The notes beneath the pieces are model-generated. The model saw only the letters and a program-made list of their open reading frames with translations. It was not told where the DNA came from and ran no database searches. From assembly GCA_951406725.2 (NCBI GenBank), contig OX597819.1, positions 134,974,001 through 135,038,000 of the forward strand: a DNA stretch of 64,000 nucleotides, read 5' to 3'. Below, piece after piece: positions 37,741 to 49,091 of this stretch. This DNA comes from Octopus vulgaris. Taxonomy: Eukaryota. The position numbers and the translations under genes are program-made. Positions within the stretch are counted from its first letter, which is position 1; the number at the start of each line of letters is the position of its first letter.

Positions 37741-38953
37741 CAGCGTTATTTCACATGAAATGTTGCATTTTTAATTACTTGTTATTTCAGTCATTCAAAA
37801 ACTCAATTGTGTTTACCTTGCATTTAATCTTGACACTTTTTCTTTCCCACCAATATTGGTATACAAAATTTGTACCCACAGACCCTTATAAAAATGAGAG
37901 CAACCAAACTATATTGAATAATTTTGTCATATGAGTACAAACTGGGTCGCTTTGCTGCAGAAGCTCTACGGAATATCAAGCGGGCCTTTGGTAATGGTTT
38001 TGTTGACATCAGAACTGTTCAAAGATTGTTCCAAAGCTCTTGTTCAGGAGATGATAACCTTGGAAATAAACCAAGGAAGGGTAGGCCAAAATCAGTTATT
38101 CGGCATGGATTAAATACTTTGGTTGAACAAAATCCAAGAACAACGGTTCAAAAACTTTCATCAGAACACCTGTGAAAAATTGGAAAAGTCAAGAAAACGG
38201 ATAGGTTTGTTCCACATCAACTGAACAAGATTCAAAGAAACAGATGCCTCGAAGTGTGCTCCTTATTGCTGTCTTGACTGGAAAAAGACCATTTTTGCAT
38301 CATATCATGTTATGAGAAATGGATACTCTTTGACAATAGCATGAGAACTGAACAGTGATTAGATGCAGGGGAGTCACCTAAACACTACCCAAACCCACCA
38401 TTGCACCCTAAAAAGTTTGTGGTCACTGTATGGTGATCAGCTATTCATTATTCATTTTTGTAACAAGGGAAATGGTAACAGCAACATCGTATTGCCAGGA
38501 AATTGATTGTATTGCATGAGAATTTGAAAAAGAAGCAACCCAGACTAAGTGAATAGAGATGGTCCAATTTTGCTCCACGACAATGCCCGTCCTCACACTC
38601 CTCAGGCTACGGTCCAAAAGTTGCAAAGCCTGAATTATGAGATTTTGCAACATCCTCCCTATTTCCCCAATATCTCTCCTACTAATCATCCCTTATTTAA
38701 GCATTTTGAGCTTTTCATAAGCAATAAAGCATTCTTATATAGAGAAGAGATAATTGAAACATTCGGACAGTTTATCATAGGAAAAAGATGAATTTTTTTT
38801 TTTAAAGATGGAATATATGACATAGAGAAACGTTGGGTAAATGTCATAAATGAACATGGATCAAACTTTGATTAAATAAATCAGTTCTCTAACACTTCTG
38901 AAACATTTTTGTGTTACCTTTCAAATATGGCATTTCATGTGAAACAACCTAAT
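37741..38953 (+). mobile_element. mariner (DD34D-type) transposon relic
   Basis: Degenerate TIRs (TTTCACATGAAATG / CATTTCATGTGAAA). Motifs GRP, FVPHQL, EKWI, LLHDNARPH and HPPY.P.ISP. Confidence 0.9.
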
Positions 38954-38995
38954 ATTTTCAGTAGAACCACCACCTCTGCTTATTATATCACCCTA

Positions 38996-39570
38996 TCATC
39001 ATCATCATCATCATCGTTTAACGTCCGCTTTCCATGCTAGCATGGGTTGGACGGTTCAACTGGGGTCTGGGGAGCCCGAAGGCGGCACCAGGCCAGTCAG
39101 ATCTGGCAGTGTTTCTACAGCTGGATGCCCTTCCTAACGCCAACCACTCCAAGAGTGTAGTACAAAATTTTATGACTACTTCAAGTGAGTTAGCCTGACG
39201 TTTAAGAGTCTATTTCCAATATGCTCTTATGTGACAGATACCCCAGGGCATAAGAAGCCGGATTTCTTTTGATTTGCCTTTGATTCCACATCTCTTGTGT
39301 GTTCCTAGCATACATTAAGTTCCTTGCTACTCCTTTTCTGTATACCAAACAAGGCCCTTTTCCTTATACCTTTATTGTCACTAAATTTTAGTTTGGGGCC
39401 TCTCAATTCTAGGTTCTGTTTGCACATCTTTAATTCTACAGTAGATTCAACTATAAGAGCTAGATAATCACAGTTCTGATGGACAGCTGGCCTTGAACTC
39501 CTTTTTGATGCCCTATAGGTGGGAACTAAGGCCTGAACTTTGATCACACTCTACCTTCACACTAAATTCA
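38996..39570 (-). mobile_element. Young RTE tail (38996-39160) plus old RTE RT remnant (39180-39570)
   Basis: (CAT)n tail; decayed EFK..CP.EL motif. Confidence 0.7.
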
Positions 39571-39710
39571 TTACTAAACTTAGTGATTTCCACATCATAT
39601 TTTAAAACCACTTTTAGAGTATCTTGTATGAAGTTGTATCTGTATTATTAAACATCATCAATTAACAATAAATGAAAATTGATATAAATGTTTTCTCATT
39701 TTCCTCCTAG

Positions 39711-39878
39711 CTATTTTTATAAAAACTGGACATTTCATTGCAATGACTTGCAGTTAGTGTCCTGTTTTATCAAACCAAATATCAAAGCAGAAACCAAAGA
39801 AGATTCCCAACTGTTTACCCTGTCCGTTGCAGTTAATTTTATTCATGTTCCACCCATACCACCTAAACCAACAATAAG
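39711..39878 (+). CDS. TCTN2: Tectonic exon YFYKNWTFHCNDLQLVSC...QLFTLSVAVNFIHVPPIPPKPTIR
   Basis: cctcctag acceptor, AG|gtaagc donor, phase 2 to 2. F.L...V.F..VP..P pattern. Confidence 0.9.
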
Positions 39879-40594
39879 GTAAGCCAGTAACAACTTTCTA
39901 AGGAAGTGATTTGCATTTTTATTTAATATGTGTGTGTGGAAGAATAAAATAAAATCTGGATTCAGAGAATCCTGCAGCTCTCACAATAAGCTCCCCATCT
40001 GGCATTGGCTATCATTTTACATCACAGTCAGGTGCTGTGTAGGAAGTTGTTATGGAGATCGTTAACCAATAGAATTCAAAGTTCTGGAACTTGCAAGAAT
40101 GTTCACAAGGCATCTTTGCTATTTGGTTTATATTATTATTACAGTCTTGAGTTTTACAGTTAGAATAAACAGACTTCACACCAATCTGGAGTACCACTGT
40201 GTTCTCTTCTTTGTGAGTGAACAAGAAAAGTATATTGAACCACAGACAACACACCTGTTTGGATTATTACTCTATTCTCTGTAAGTAAACAAGAGAAATA
40301 TAACAAAAATCCAAATAATAAATTTTTTTGTGGTAACTCTAGCTTGCTTATATTTTCCCATATAATTAGAGCCTTTCATACATTGTAAATATATAGTGAA
40401 TTTTGTATGTTTAGAGTTGTTGGTGTAACAATAATATCCTGGTGATCTATCAAACTGGCCAACACATGCCAGCATTGAAAAGAGACATTAAACGACAAGG
40501 ATGATTTGTATTTGCTAACAAAAACTTATTTTTTCATACGTTACAAATATATATGTGTGTTTGTGTGTTCCAAAGTTTTTTCTTATACTTTCAG

Positions 40595-40775
40595 GAATTA
40601 TGATTTCTACAAAATAAAACAGTGCTGGATGAACAGCTGTTGGCAAGAAATCCTCTATCCTTTAACAATTCAAAAAACATTCGATGAGTATGCTTATAAT
40701 TTGGTCACATATCTCACGTTTCTCTTCATCTCATTCCTTACCATAACACAATCTTGGTTACTATTGGACTTCTAA
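40595..40775 (+). CDS. TCTN2: Tectonic last exon NYDFYKIKQCWMNSCWQEILYPLT...hydrophobic tail..WLLLDF*
   Basis: ctttcag acceptor and TAA stop. C....CW...LYP followed by a hydrophobic C-terminal segment resembles the TCTN2 tail specifically (recalled, not searched). Confidence 0.85.
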
Positions 40776-40815
40776 AATTCATAAAAGCTCAGTAAAAGAG
40801 TCTTTTGTTGACACC

Positions 40816-40821
40816 AATAAA
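40816..40821 (+). terminator. Candidate polyadenylation signal (AATAAA) of the Tectonic gene
   Basis: First AATAAA, 40 nt after the stop codon. Confidence 0.4.
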
Positions 40822-41452
40822 CAGTATTTTAGTTGAAAGCATATGGCCTAGTGATTAAGCTCTTTGGCTCATGATCATAATGATGTAGGTTCAGTTGCTC
40901 AGCTAGGCAGTGTATCCTTGGACAAGGCACTTCATGTTTCCATTCAACTGGAAATGAAGTACCAGTTTCATACTGGTGTGCTTCTCTCTTTTTGGCTGTC
41001 ACCTCCTGGATGTTCCTTTCGGTCAAAAAAACTGGAGTCTTGAGAGAGTTAATAGTTGCTTGTGACTAAATGAATAGCAAAAGCATGGTACCAAGTGATA
41101 CTCATTCACAGGTACCAAGTGATACTCATTCACAGGTAATGGCTGGCCCTAAGTATTTTAAGCTGCTTTTAAAATTTAATTACTGAGTGATCTTGTTAAA
41201 TTTTTTGGTAATTATTATGCTGGCCTATAAAGTAATTCCATATTCAACCCCAACTCCTCTACAAACTTGTCTCAAACATCAACCAAACAAAACAACAGAT
41301 TCTGATCACCATTTCTAGTTTGCTCTTACCATTTCAATGTTTTCCTTTCTGTATGAATCAGCCCCAAGGGGGGGGGATGACTAATTACTCTAAGTCTCTT
41401 CCCAAAGACCATCAGAGACTTGCTCTCTTAATGTTTCATGTTGTTGTTGAAA

Positions 41453-41812
41453 AGTGGAGGTGCAATGGCTCAGTGGTTAAGGCAGCAGACTCGCGGTCAT
41501 AGGATCACAGTTTCGATTTCCAGACCGGCCGTTGTATTTGAATGAAAAAACACCTAAATCTCCATGACACTCCAGCAGGGGGTTGTGGTGAACCCTGCTG
41601 TACTCTTTCTTAACTTTCTTCCTGTTTCTGTTGTACTCATATTTCGAAGGGCCATTTGTCACACTGTGTCACACTGAATCTCCCTGAGAACTAAGTTAAA
41701 GGTACACTTGTCTGTGGAGTACTCAGCCACTTGCACGTTAATTTCATGAGCAGGTTGTTCAGTTGATCGGATCAACTGGAACCTGTGTCGTCATGACTGA
41801 CGGAGTACCACG
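41453..41812 (+). mobile_element. Full-length tRNA-derived SINE family C
   Basis: A box TGGCTCAGTGG and B-box-like GTTTCGATTTCC. TSD TGTTGTTGAAA at 41442-41452 and 41813-41823. Confidence 0.85.
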
Positions 41813-42060
41813 TGTTGTTGAAAGCAATGTCGTTTTCTTTGATATTAGCAAAACCTTTAACCAGGTCCACCATGAGAAATTTCTCACTACATCACCCAGT
41901 TCTGAACCTCGTCTACCTATTATCTCTTCTCACACCATTATCTTCTAGATTTCTCTCACAGTCGATCAGCTAGTGTATGCCAAAAGATCTGTTCTATCTT
42001 CCACACTTCCTGCTAGTCCTATTTTCTGTTGTTTCTAATCACATTTTGTCCTGCACCAAT
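41813..42060 (+). mobile_element. Old CR1/Jockey-type RT remnant
   Basis: VVFFDISKTFNQVHHEKF resembles VFLDISKAFDRV.H. Confidence 0.45.
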
Positions 42061-42592
42061 GACAACATCCTTCCAGTTTTTTTCTTATTAATTTTCCAAG
42101 GCAGTGTCTTATAATTAAGTTACTAAACTAATTTCAAAAATTTAACTGTCCTTCTCCAGTTACAATTAATACAGTCCTATTTTTTACAATTCCCTGTTCA
42201 AAATTGCTAGTTTATCAAAGTCCTATGTACATTAAGATTCTATTTTTCTAGCATAAAATTTTTTAGACTATTAATGTTTTTCATGTAGCTGAGATTAATT
42301 TGAAGACCATTAAAATAGATTTTTTTCTGTCACATTTTAAGTTATGTTAATAGTCCAATGCAGAAAAAAGTTAATGCAAGGGTGTATATGTAAGTATACA
42401 CATTTCCATATTTGTTAGTGAATTAATGAATTTGCTGTCACATTTAATAACACAGCTAACTTCTTTTAAGTTGTTACAAATACTAAGCTTGACAAGATAA
42501 TGTCACATTCTCTTACAAAACTCAAGTGCAACCCACAACAAAATGATTTCATACACACACAGCCTAGATTGTTGCCATTTTTAAGTGTTTAA

Positions 42593-42598
42593 TTTATT
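42593..42598 (-). terminator. Candidate poly(A) signal of the minus-strand gene (3' UTR about 1.8 kb)
   Basis: TTTATT on the plus strand at the end of an AT-rich UTR-like tract. Another TTTATT lies near 43114. Confidence 0.3.
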
Positions 42599-43189
42599 GA
42601 TAGTTTCACACACCAAAGGCAACGGCTTCTGAAATACTGCATACAACATCTACATTTTCCATTTCCCTGCATTGAACACTTTACTAATTTATCCTGAATT
42701 CGTTTCTACCTGTCAAAGAATCTTTAAACAAGTCATCTCATTTAGGCTCATAGCCTGCTTTTTCTTTAAAATAAAGGAAACCAACTTCTTCCAGCTCATT
42801 CACATCCTAACAACAAAACATAAATTAAAATCTGTAGAAGTAACAGAAAATAGCAGCTACTGGAAATCAAGTTGTTCGGATTGGTGTAAGTTGATTATCT
42901 CTGTTCTAATCACTCCACAATCCCAACACCTACTTTAAAAGTTTGCTTTCTTTTTCCAAGAAATAATTATTTTGCTGAAAAAAAAAAATTTTTTCTTTCT
43001 TTTCTAAAGAAGTTAAATGACTGAAGAAATGGCCTGTTTTGATAAATTGGATTCAAAAAGTTAGACTTGTAAGAGAAATTAAGTCCTATAATATAAATCC
43101 TAATATTTTACCTTTTATTTCTTCAAACCTTTAAAGCAATATTTTCCAAAATGCAAAATGTGTAATTCCAAATGCTGGGCCCTAAATTG

Positions 43190-43560
43190 TACAACTGCTA
43201 CAAGGGTGGATGAACTAGGATACTGGCATTAGCTGCTTTGCCTCCATTTCAAGCATTGGGCCTCATGGAGGCAAAGTGGCTGGTGTCGGTGGTCCGTGAA
43301 AAGCTCCTTTCAAGTGTTGAGCCTCACAGAGGCAACAACTGAGACCTTTAGTATTGTCGTGCTTGAGAAGAAGACCCATCAAGCCAAGTAAAATTGCAGT
43401 CATGGCAGATACTGGTGTGACGCAAATGGCACCTGTGCCAGTGGCACATAAAAACACCCATTACAATCTTGGGGTGGTTGGCATTAGAAAGTGCATCAAG
43501 CCATAGAAACCATGCCAAATTGTCCAACCCATGCTATCATGGACAACAGACATTAAATGA
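43190..43560 (+). mobile_element. RTE-derived 3' fragment within the putative 3' UTR of the minus-strand gene
   Basis: RTE 3' UTR motifs. Confidence 0.65.
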
Positions 43561-44377
43561 TAAAATAGATTTAGTACATTGTTTTCCTAATAAAAGTGGG
43601 GGAAAACTTCACAACTTTGTTTTATACACACCCCTAATTTTTATCTTGATTTCGTAGAGGGTGGAGGAAAAATAGTATATATAACATTGAGTTTTCAGCC
43701 AAGATTCTGGAAATTCAAATTTCAATTTATAATTCTTTAAAATTGTATTCAAGTATTTACACAGGAAATATAACCAGGACAGATATTTAAAAAGAAAATT
43801 TAATGCATTTTGAATTTGATGATTATTTTAAGATGAAGTTATAAAAATATAAATTGTCATGAAAATATAAAGATATGTCTACATACTGTTTCACAGAATC
43901 TTCCAGTAATATTCTTACAACTGTTTTTAATAAATTCAAGTGTCATGTGATCAAAAATTGTTCACATTGTTATGTAATATATGGTTGCATGAAGAACTTT
44001 GTGTGTGTATATATACACACACACACACACTTAAATGTTTTTGTTTGAAGACAATTTTTGGGGAAAAAATGTTCTCAAATTATATAAATTCACAGCAAAA
44101 ATTTCCAAATATCCAACTTGAATATAACATTTTTCAGGTTTTAGGAAAGTGTTTGAAGGAAAAGTTGCTTAAAATATTGAAAAAAAAAAAAAAAAAATAT
44201 ATTTACACTGCTTTTCTATTTGATTATATGAAATATCTGCATTACACAATGGTCAATATGTATTTTGTTTTTTGGAGGGGGGGGGTTAATATGGTGGTGG
44301 GTAATGTATTTAAATTCCCATTAAAGAGTATGAAACTAAATAATAAAATTTAATAAAAACATTGTCTTGTGATTCTT

Positions 44378-44444
44378 TCAAATTTCTGACTCAGAGGATG
44401 TATCAACTTTTATGTCTCTGGAATCGTCTGAAGAAGTAGGTTGC
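44378..44444 (-). CDS. Unidentified gene, last coding exon RQPTSSDDSRDIKVDTSSESEI*
   Basis: ctttaatttgcag acceptor. Phase-2 start matches the upstream exon. TGA stop followed by AT-rich UTR-like sequence. Confidence 0.78.
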
Positions 44445-44859
44445 CTGCAAATTAAAGAAAAAAGTTTTCAAAAATAAAATCACTCAAATCATAATGCAAC
44501 AAGCTTCTCAATGTCTTTTAGTTTGAAAATGTTATCATTTAGTAACCATCGATTTGAATTTGTTATCAGAGCTAAAGAATGGAAACAAACATCCCAATAC
44601 CAAAGAAAAAAACAAACAACTTTCAAATAATTTTTAATCAATTTCATTCATGAACCATCTCGTTAATTCATTTACACAGCAATTTTCTAATAACTAAAAC
44701 AGGTGTCCAACATCCTGAAACTAGAATTACAAAAAAAATGGAAACAATAGAATCAACGTGAGCTGTTTCTGAGTTATTTAAAACTCATGGTAGAAACTGA
44801 TGGAACTGAAAATATACTACTTCACCTTTTATTTAGGTTCGTAGATATTAGAGTTGAAA

Positions 44860-47152
44860 GGTGTGAGAGGCTGGCTCTGGCCAATTTGGACATAAAATGG
44901 GTAGAATGTGGAAAGTTTAAATGTTAAAGGTGATTAAATCTAATGAACCTCTTTCTAGGAGGTTTTAAAGCCAAAATTATTTTAGAGTCTAATTAATGAT
45001 AACAAACTTTTAATCATACTACTTTTTATAGTCTTCATCTCGTGTCAGCTTTCACAATTTAAAGTCATAATTGTAAGTCACCAAAAACTGATTTCAATCA
45101 TTTGCACAACAGACATTGGCGGGAGGGGCACACTACCTTCAAGAACTTGGTTCATTATATTGGCCTCAACACTTGGAAGTAATTTTGGACAGGATTTGAC
45201 CTGAGAAGAGATGTAACTAAATATCACAAGGTACTTTTGTCACTAAAACAGGTAAGCAAATAGAACCATTTAATAACGAATTTGAATGCTTTCATCAGCA
45301 ATTAAACCAATGTATTATAACTGTGTGTGTGTGTACTGTTCCATTATTAGTGGGAACAACAAAAGTCCTCCTCCATCCAGTGAGAAATAAATATTTAATA
45401 AAGACAGGATTTAAAATATAAACTACTATAAGTCCTTTTTGCTTCTGGTAGTACAACAGACGGGCAAGCTTGTATCAGCCACTGGCACACAAAAAAACTC
45501 ATGGCTTAAAGACCTATAAATACACACCTACATTGAAAGATTTAGCCCCCTTTTGGAAGCAATCTTAGACTTAGACATTAAATTTGGTAAGCACTATAAC
45601 CCTTTCCAAGTTTAACTAAAAATTTGAGATTAGAAACTTTAAAAAACTCTAAAACTAATAACTTGTATGAAATCAATAATGATCTACGTAATAGTACCTC
45701 CACTAAATGTAAGAAAGCCAATATAGATAGCTATAAAAGCATTAATGATGACACTAAATTCTTTGCTAAAAGAAGTCAAATTGAAGATAGGTTAGAATGC
45801 TTACCAAAAAGGGAAGCTTTTATAACTTTAAAAAGATCACAAACCTAATTTTAGCAATAAGCCCACCTGTGAACCCAGCAAGAACTGAAATAGGTTTAAT
45901 AGCCAAACAAAAAAAAATACTCATCATCATTTAATATCTGTTTTCTATGCTGGCATGCATCGGATGGTTTGACAGGAGCTGAAGAGCTGTCCAGACTCCA
46001 ATTGTCTGTTTTGGCATCTTTAATGCTAGGTCCCCTTCCTAATACCAACCACTTCACAGTGTACTGGTACAGTTTATGTGCCATCAGCACAAGTGCATTT
46101 TACATGGCACTGGTACCTACAAGACGAACTCTCAGCTGGGAGAGGGAGCGGGGGAGCATGGCCAAAAAGGGACATGCCTTTATGTATGGATGGCCTCAAT
46201 TTTACTTAGCTTTATGTGTCTTCCCAATTACAAGTCCTGGTCCCTTGTCATCTCTTCAGTGAGGCCCAGCATCTAAAGACCTTTTCTCACCACCTCATGC
46301 CATGTCTTCCTGGGTCTACCCCTTCCACAGCTTCCCAAGTGCCTTGATTACAACCTGACTGCTGTACATTCAGCCTTTAACTTTCTTTGAGTAGCCATCT
46401 TCATGCAGAAGCCATTTCATGACCATACCAGCATAGTCTTCTCTCTTAATAGAATTATGGAAACTACTAAACTGTGGTACTGAGTCAATAGCAACACTGT
46501 TATAAACTTGCTTAAGAATATAAATGACAGGTCCAAAGCTAGATATACACAATTTGATATAGATTTTTATCCCTTACTAGTGAGACCCCCAACTGGATAA
46601 GCCAATTGAGTTTGCCAGAAAATGTCACTATTAACCAAGTGAACCTTGACTTTATCATGCAGGTATGAAAAACCCTCCTCTTTAGTTAAGGATCAAAACA
46701 GGTGGAGCAGACAAATTGTTTCATGGTCTGATGGGACCAGAAGACAGAGCTGGTATTTGTGTCATTGTAGGTCTCTTTAGATTAGATATACTAAGATCCA
46801 AGTTCCCCTTCCTCAACACTGGTCTGTACTGGCTTTTCTTTGGTACTCCTAAATAATTTGGTATGGAGGATATCCTGAAGAAAGAGGACTGCTGTGTTGA
46901 TACAAATATTTTTTGTCTATTTTTAGCTTGTTATCACTTAAGATGGTGAAAGATTCAGTCTTGCACGAGATGAAGACTATAAATAAAAAGTAGAAGGATT
47001 AAAATTTAGTTATCATTAATTAGACTCTAAAATAGTTTTGGCTTTAAAACTCCCTAGAAAGAGGTTCATTAGATTTAATCACCTTCAACATTTAAACTTT
47101 CCACATTCTACCCATTTTATGTCCAAATTGGCCAGAGCCAGCCTCTCACACC
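44860..47152. repeat. About 185-bp inverted repeat pair (44860-45044 and 46964-47152)
   Basis: Manual alignment gives about 8 substitutions and one 4-nt indel. Confidence 0.9.
45490..46830 (+). mobile_element. Penelope-like element RT relic interrupted by an RTE fragment (45922-46445 minus)
   Basis: KTNNLYE...REAFITLK(DH)KPNF.NKPTC and QFDI.FYP remnants. Confidence 0.65.
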
Positions 47153-47258
47153 CAGTCAACAACATCATTTTCGAAATAGTCAAACCATCAAAATCTCAAA
47201 CCTATTTGAATAAATAAGCATTACATTTGACAGAATAATCAGAATGCTAAAGGCTGAA
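47076..47258 (+). mobile_element. Decayed short MITE (piggyBac-like TTAA/CCCT..AGGG ends)
   Basis: Degenerate termini TTAATCACCTTCAACATT / AATGCTAAAGGCTGAA; recalled resemblance to an abundant octopus MITE. Confidence 0.5.
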
Positions 47259-47709
47259 AGTAGAGCAGTCAGGTTGTAATCAACACACTTTGGTTTTCAG
47301 ATCACAATATATTTTATTTAAGGCAGAATTAATAAAACATACACATCAAATTTTGGTCAATTATTAATCCTGGATTTACGCAATCTCTTGAATCTGTGTG
47401 TGGATCAACAAAAACCATTTTAAAATTCTAATACTTTGTTTTACAAATTATATTTTACTTTATGATTTTGACATTTGGGCCCAACTTGCCAGCATGGAAA
47501 AAAGATGTTAAATGATGATACCTCCCTTCTAAGAGATTTTAATCTTCAAATATTTTTTAACAAAAAACCAGATATATTTATACAAGACTATTTACTAAGG
47601 TTTTTGTTTCCTCTCCAAGGTCCCTATCACCACACATCTCTCACTCACCACACATTATGTCTGACTCTGCACTCACACCCACCATCCCCTTTATTCTCAT
47701 CCTTCTCCT

Positions 47710-47880
47710 CAGCTGGCAGGATCGTGCTGGACAAAATGCATCTAAGCATTTGGTCTCTGTCTTCACATTCTGAGTTCAGGTTCTGCTGGGGTCAACTTTG
47801 CTTTCATCCTTTCAGAGTTGTTAAACTAAGTACCAGCAAAACACTTGGGTCAGTGTAATCAACTCATCCCCTCCCACCAA
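47710..47880 (+). mobile_element. SINE family B, decayed
   Basis: AGCTGGCAGGATCG..TTTCATCCTTTC..AAGTACCAG. Confidence 0.65.
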
Positions 47881-48543
47881 TCTACCTACCCCTACTCCCT
47901 CTTCTACCCCCCCACACACTTCTATTCATCATCATCATCATCATCATCATACTTTGAGCATCCACCATAACACTTCATCACCAACATTTTTTTCTTTCCA
48001 GTCCCCCACCAATTACTCCCACTCTTATATAAATGTGTAGCCATATATCTCCTCTACAACATGAAATCTGTTCTGGACCCTTCTTCTATACTTTAACATT
48101 TTTCTCCCAGCATAAAGTTGCCTCCTTCCCTATTGCAGGAGAAAAGAATTTTATGAGTTACATGGCAACATCACGAATGTAGGTTCCACAAAAAAAAAAA
48201 AAAGCACTTTCTGTAAAGCCGTTGGCATTAGAAAAGAATCCAGCCAAAGCAGACACTGGAACACAACGCAGTCGTCTGACCGATCGGACCCTGTCAAGCA
48301 ACCCGATCCAGGCCAGAATGGGAAACAGATGTTACACGATTATGAGGAGGAAAGTCTGAAATACAGACTTTCAACAAAGGAGTCTTCAAAACATTGAAAG
48401 TTTGTAAATGTAAATGAATTTGAGTCCTGATTTATTATGAAAAATAATTTTATCTTGGGTTACATAATTCTAATTCAGTAGACCCAAACTTAATTGACAT
48501 TGTTAATTTGTTCAAATGAAAAAACAAAAACCATTTCACAAAC

Positions 48544-49091
48544 CTTGAACTCTGATGGGTTTCAACATGGCGTCCTCGAGGGTCATATTCAATTCTTTCT
48601 CTGTGATGAGACTGATTTCCAGGCGGAGAATGAAATCGCATTTGACCACCTCTATTTCCTTGAGGTTGATAACCATGATCAAATGGTGGCGGATGCATAC
48701 CCCTTGGTGCCCCTCTAGGTGCTCCTCTGGGCATGCCTCTAGGCATTCCTCTTGGCATACCTCTTGGCATACCTCTCGGCATACCTCTAGGCATACCCCT
48801 AGGCATACCTCTAGGCATTCCCCTTGGCATTCCCCTCGGTGCACCTCTAGGTGCACTTTGAAGCCTCTCATCAGGGTGAATATGGCCGTCTCTGGTATCT
48901 CGACTCCTGGAACTGTCACTTTTGTCATCAAAGTCAGAATCTTGGACTCTGGCTTGAAAATGTGGATCCCTTCGACCTCTCACACTTCTGCCAGTTGGTT
49001 TGTCGATAGAATCTTGGGAAGATGCTCGTGACTTTTCAGATCTGTAACTCTGTCTACTAACATCCCCCAGAGACCCAAGGTTGTGTCTTGA
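48544..49091 (-). CDS. Unidentified gene, penultimate exon: Ser/Arg/Asp-rich disordered region with 13 x PRG(M/A)
   Basis: Lies within ORF 48450-49097. ttttaatgcag acceptor, AG|gtttgt donor, phase 0 to 2. Repeat varies almost only at synonymous sites. Confidence 0.88.
48696..48851 (-). repeat. Coding 12-bp tandem repeat, 13 units (PRGA, 9 x PRGM, 2 x PRGA, PRGM)
   Basis: Counted directly from the sequence. Confidence 0.95.

Noticed and set aside
37893-38875. Domesticated SETMAR-like gene
   Set aside because: Multiple stops and frameshifts, TIR remnants and no SET domain; a dead mariner.
41087-41138. 24-bp exact tandem duplication (also a 27-bp duplication near 30311-30380)
   Set aside because: Ordinary slippage duplications with no further structure.
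41453-41530. tRNA gene
   Set aside because: It has A/B boxes but continues into a 360-bp body flanked by a TSD, so it is a SINE head.
48555-49031. Antisense His/Arg-rich ORF and alternative-frame EVC-repeat ORF over the PRGM exon
   Set aside because: Shadow frames; only the PRGM frame shows synonymous-only variation and matching splice phases.
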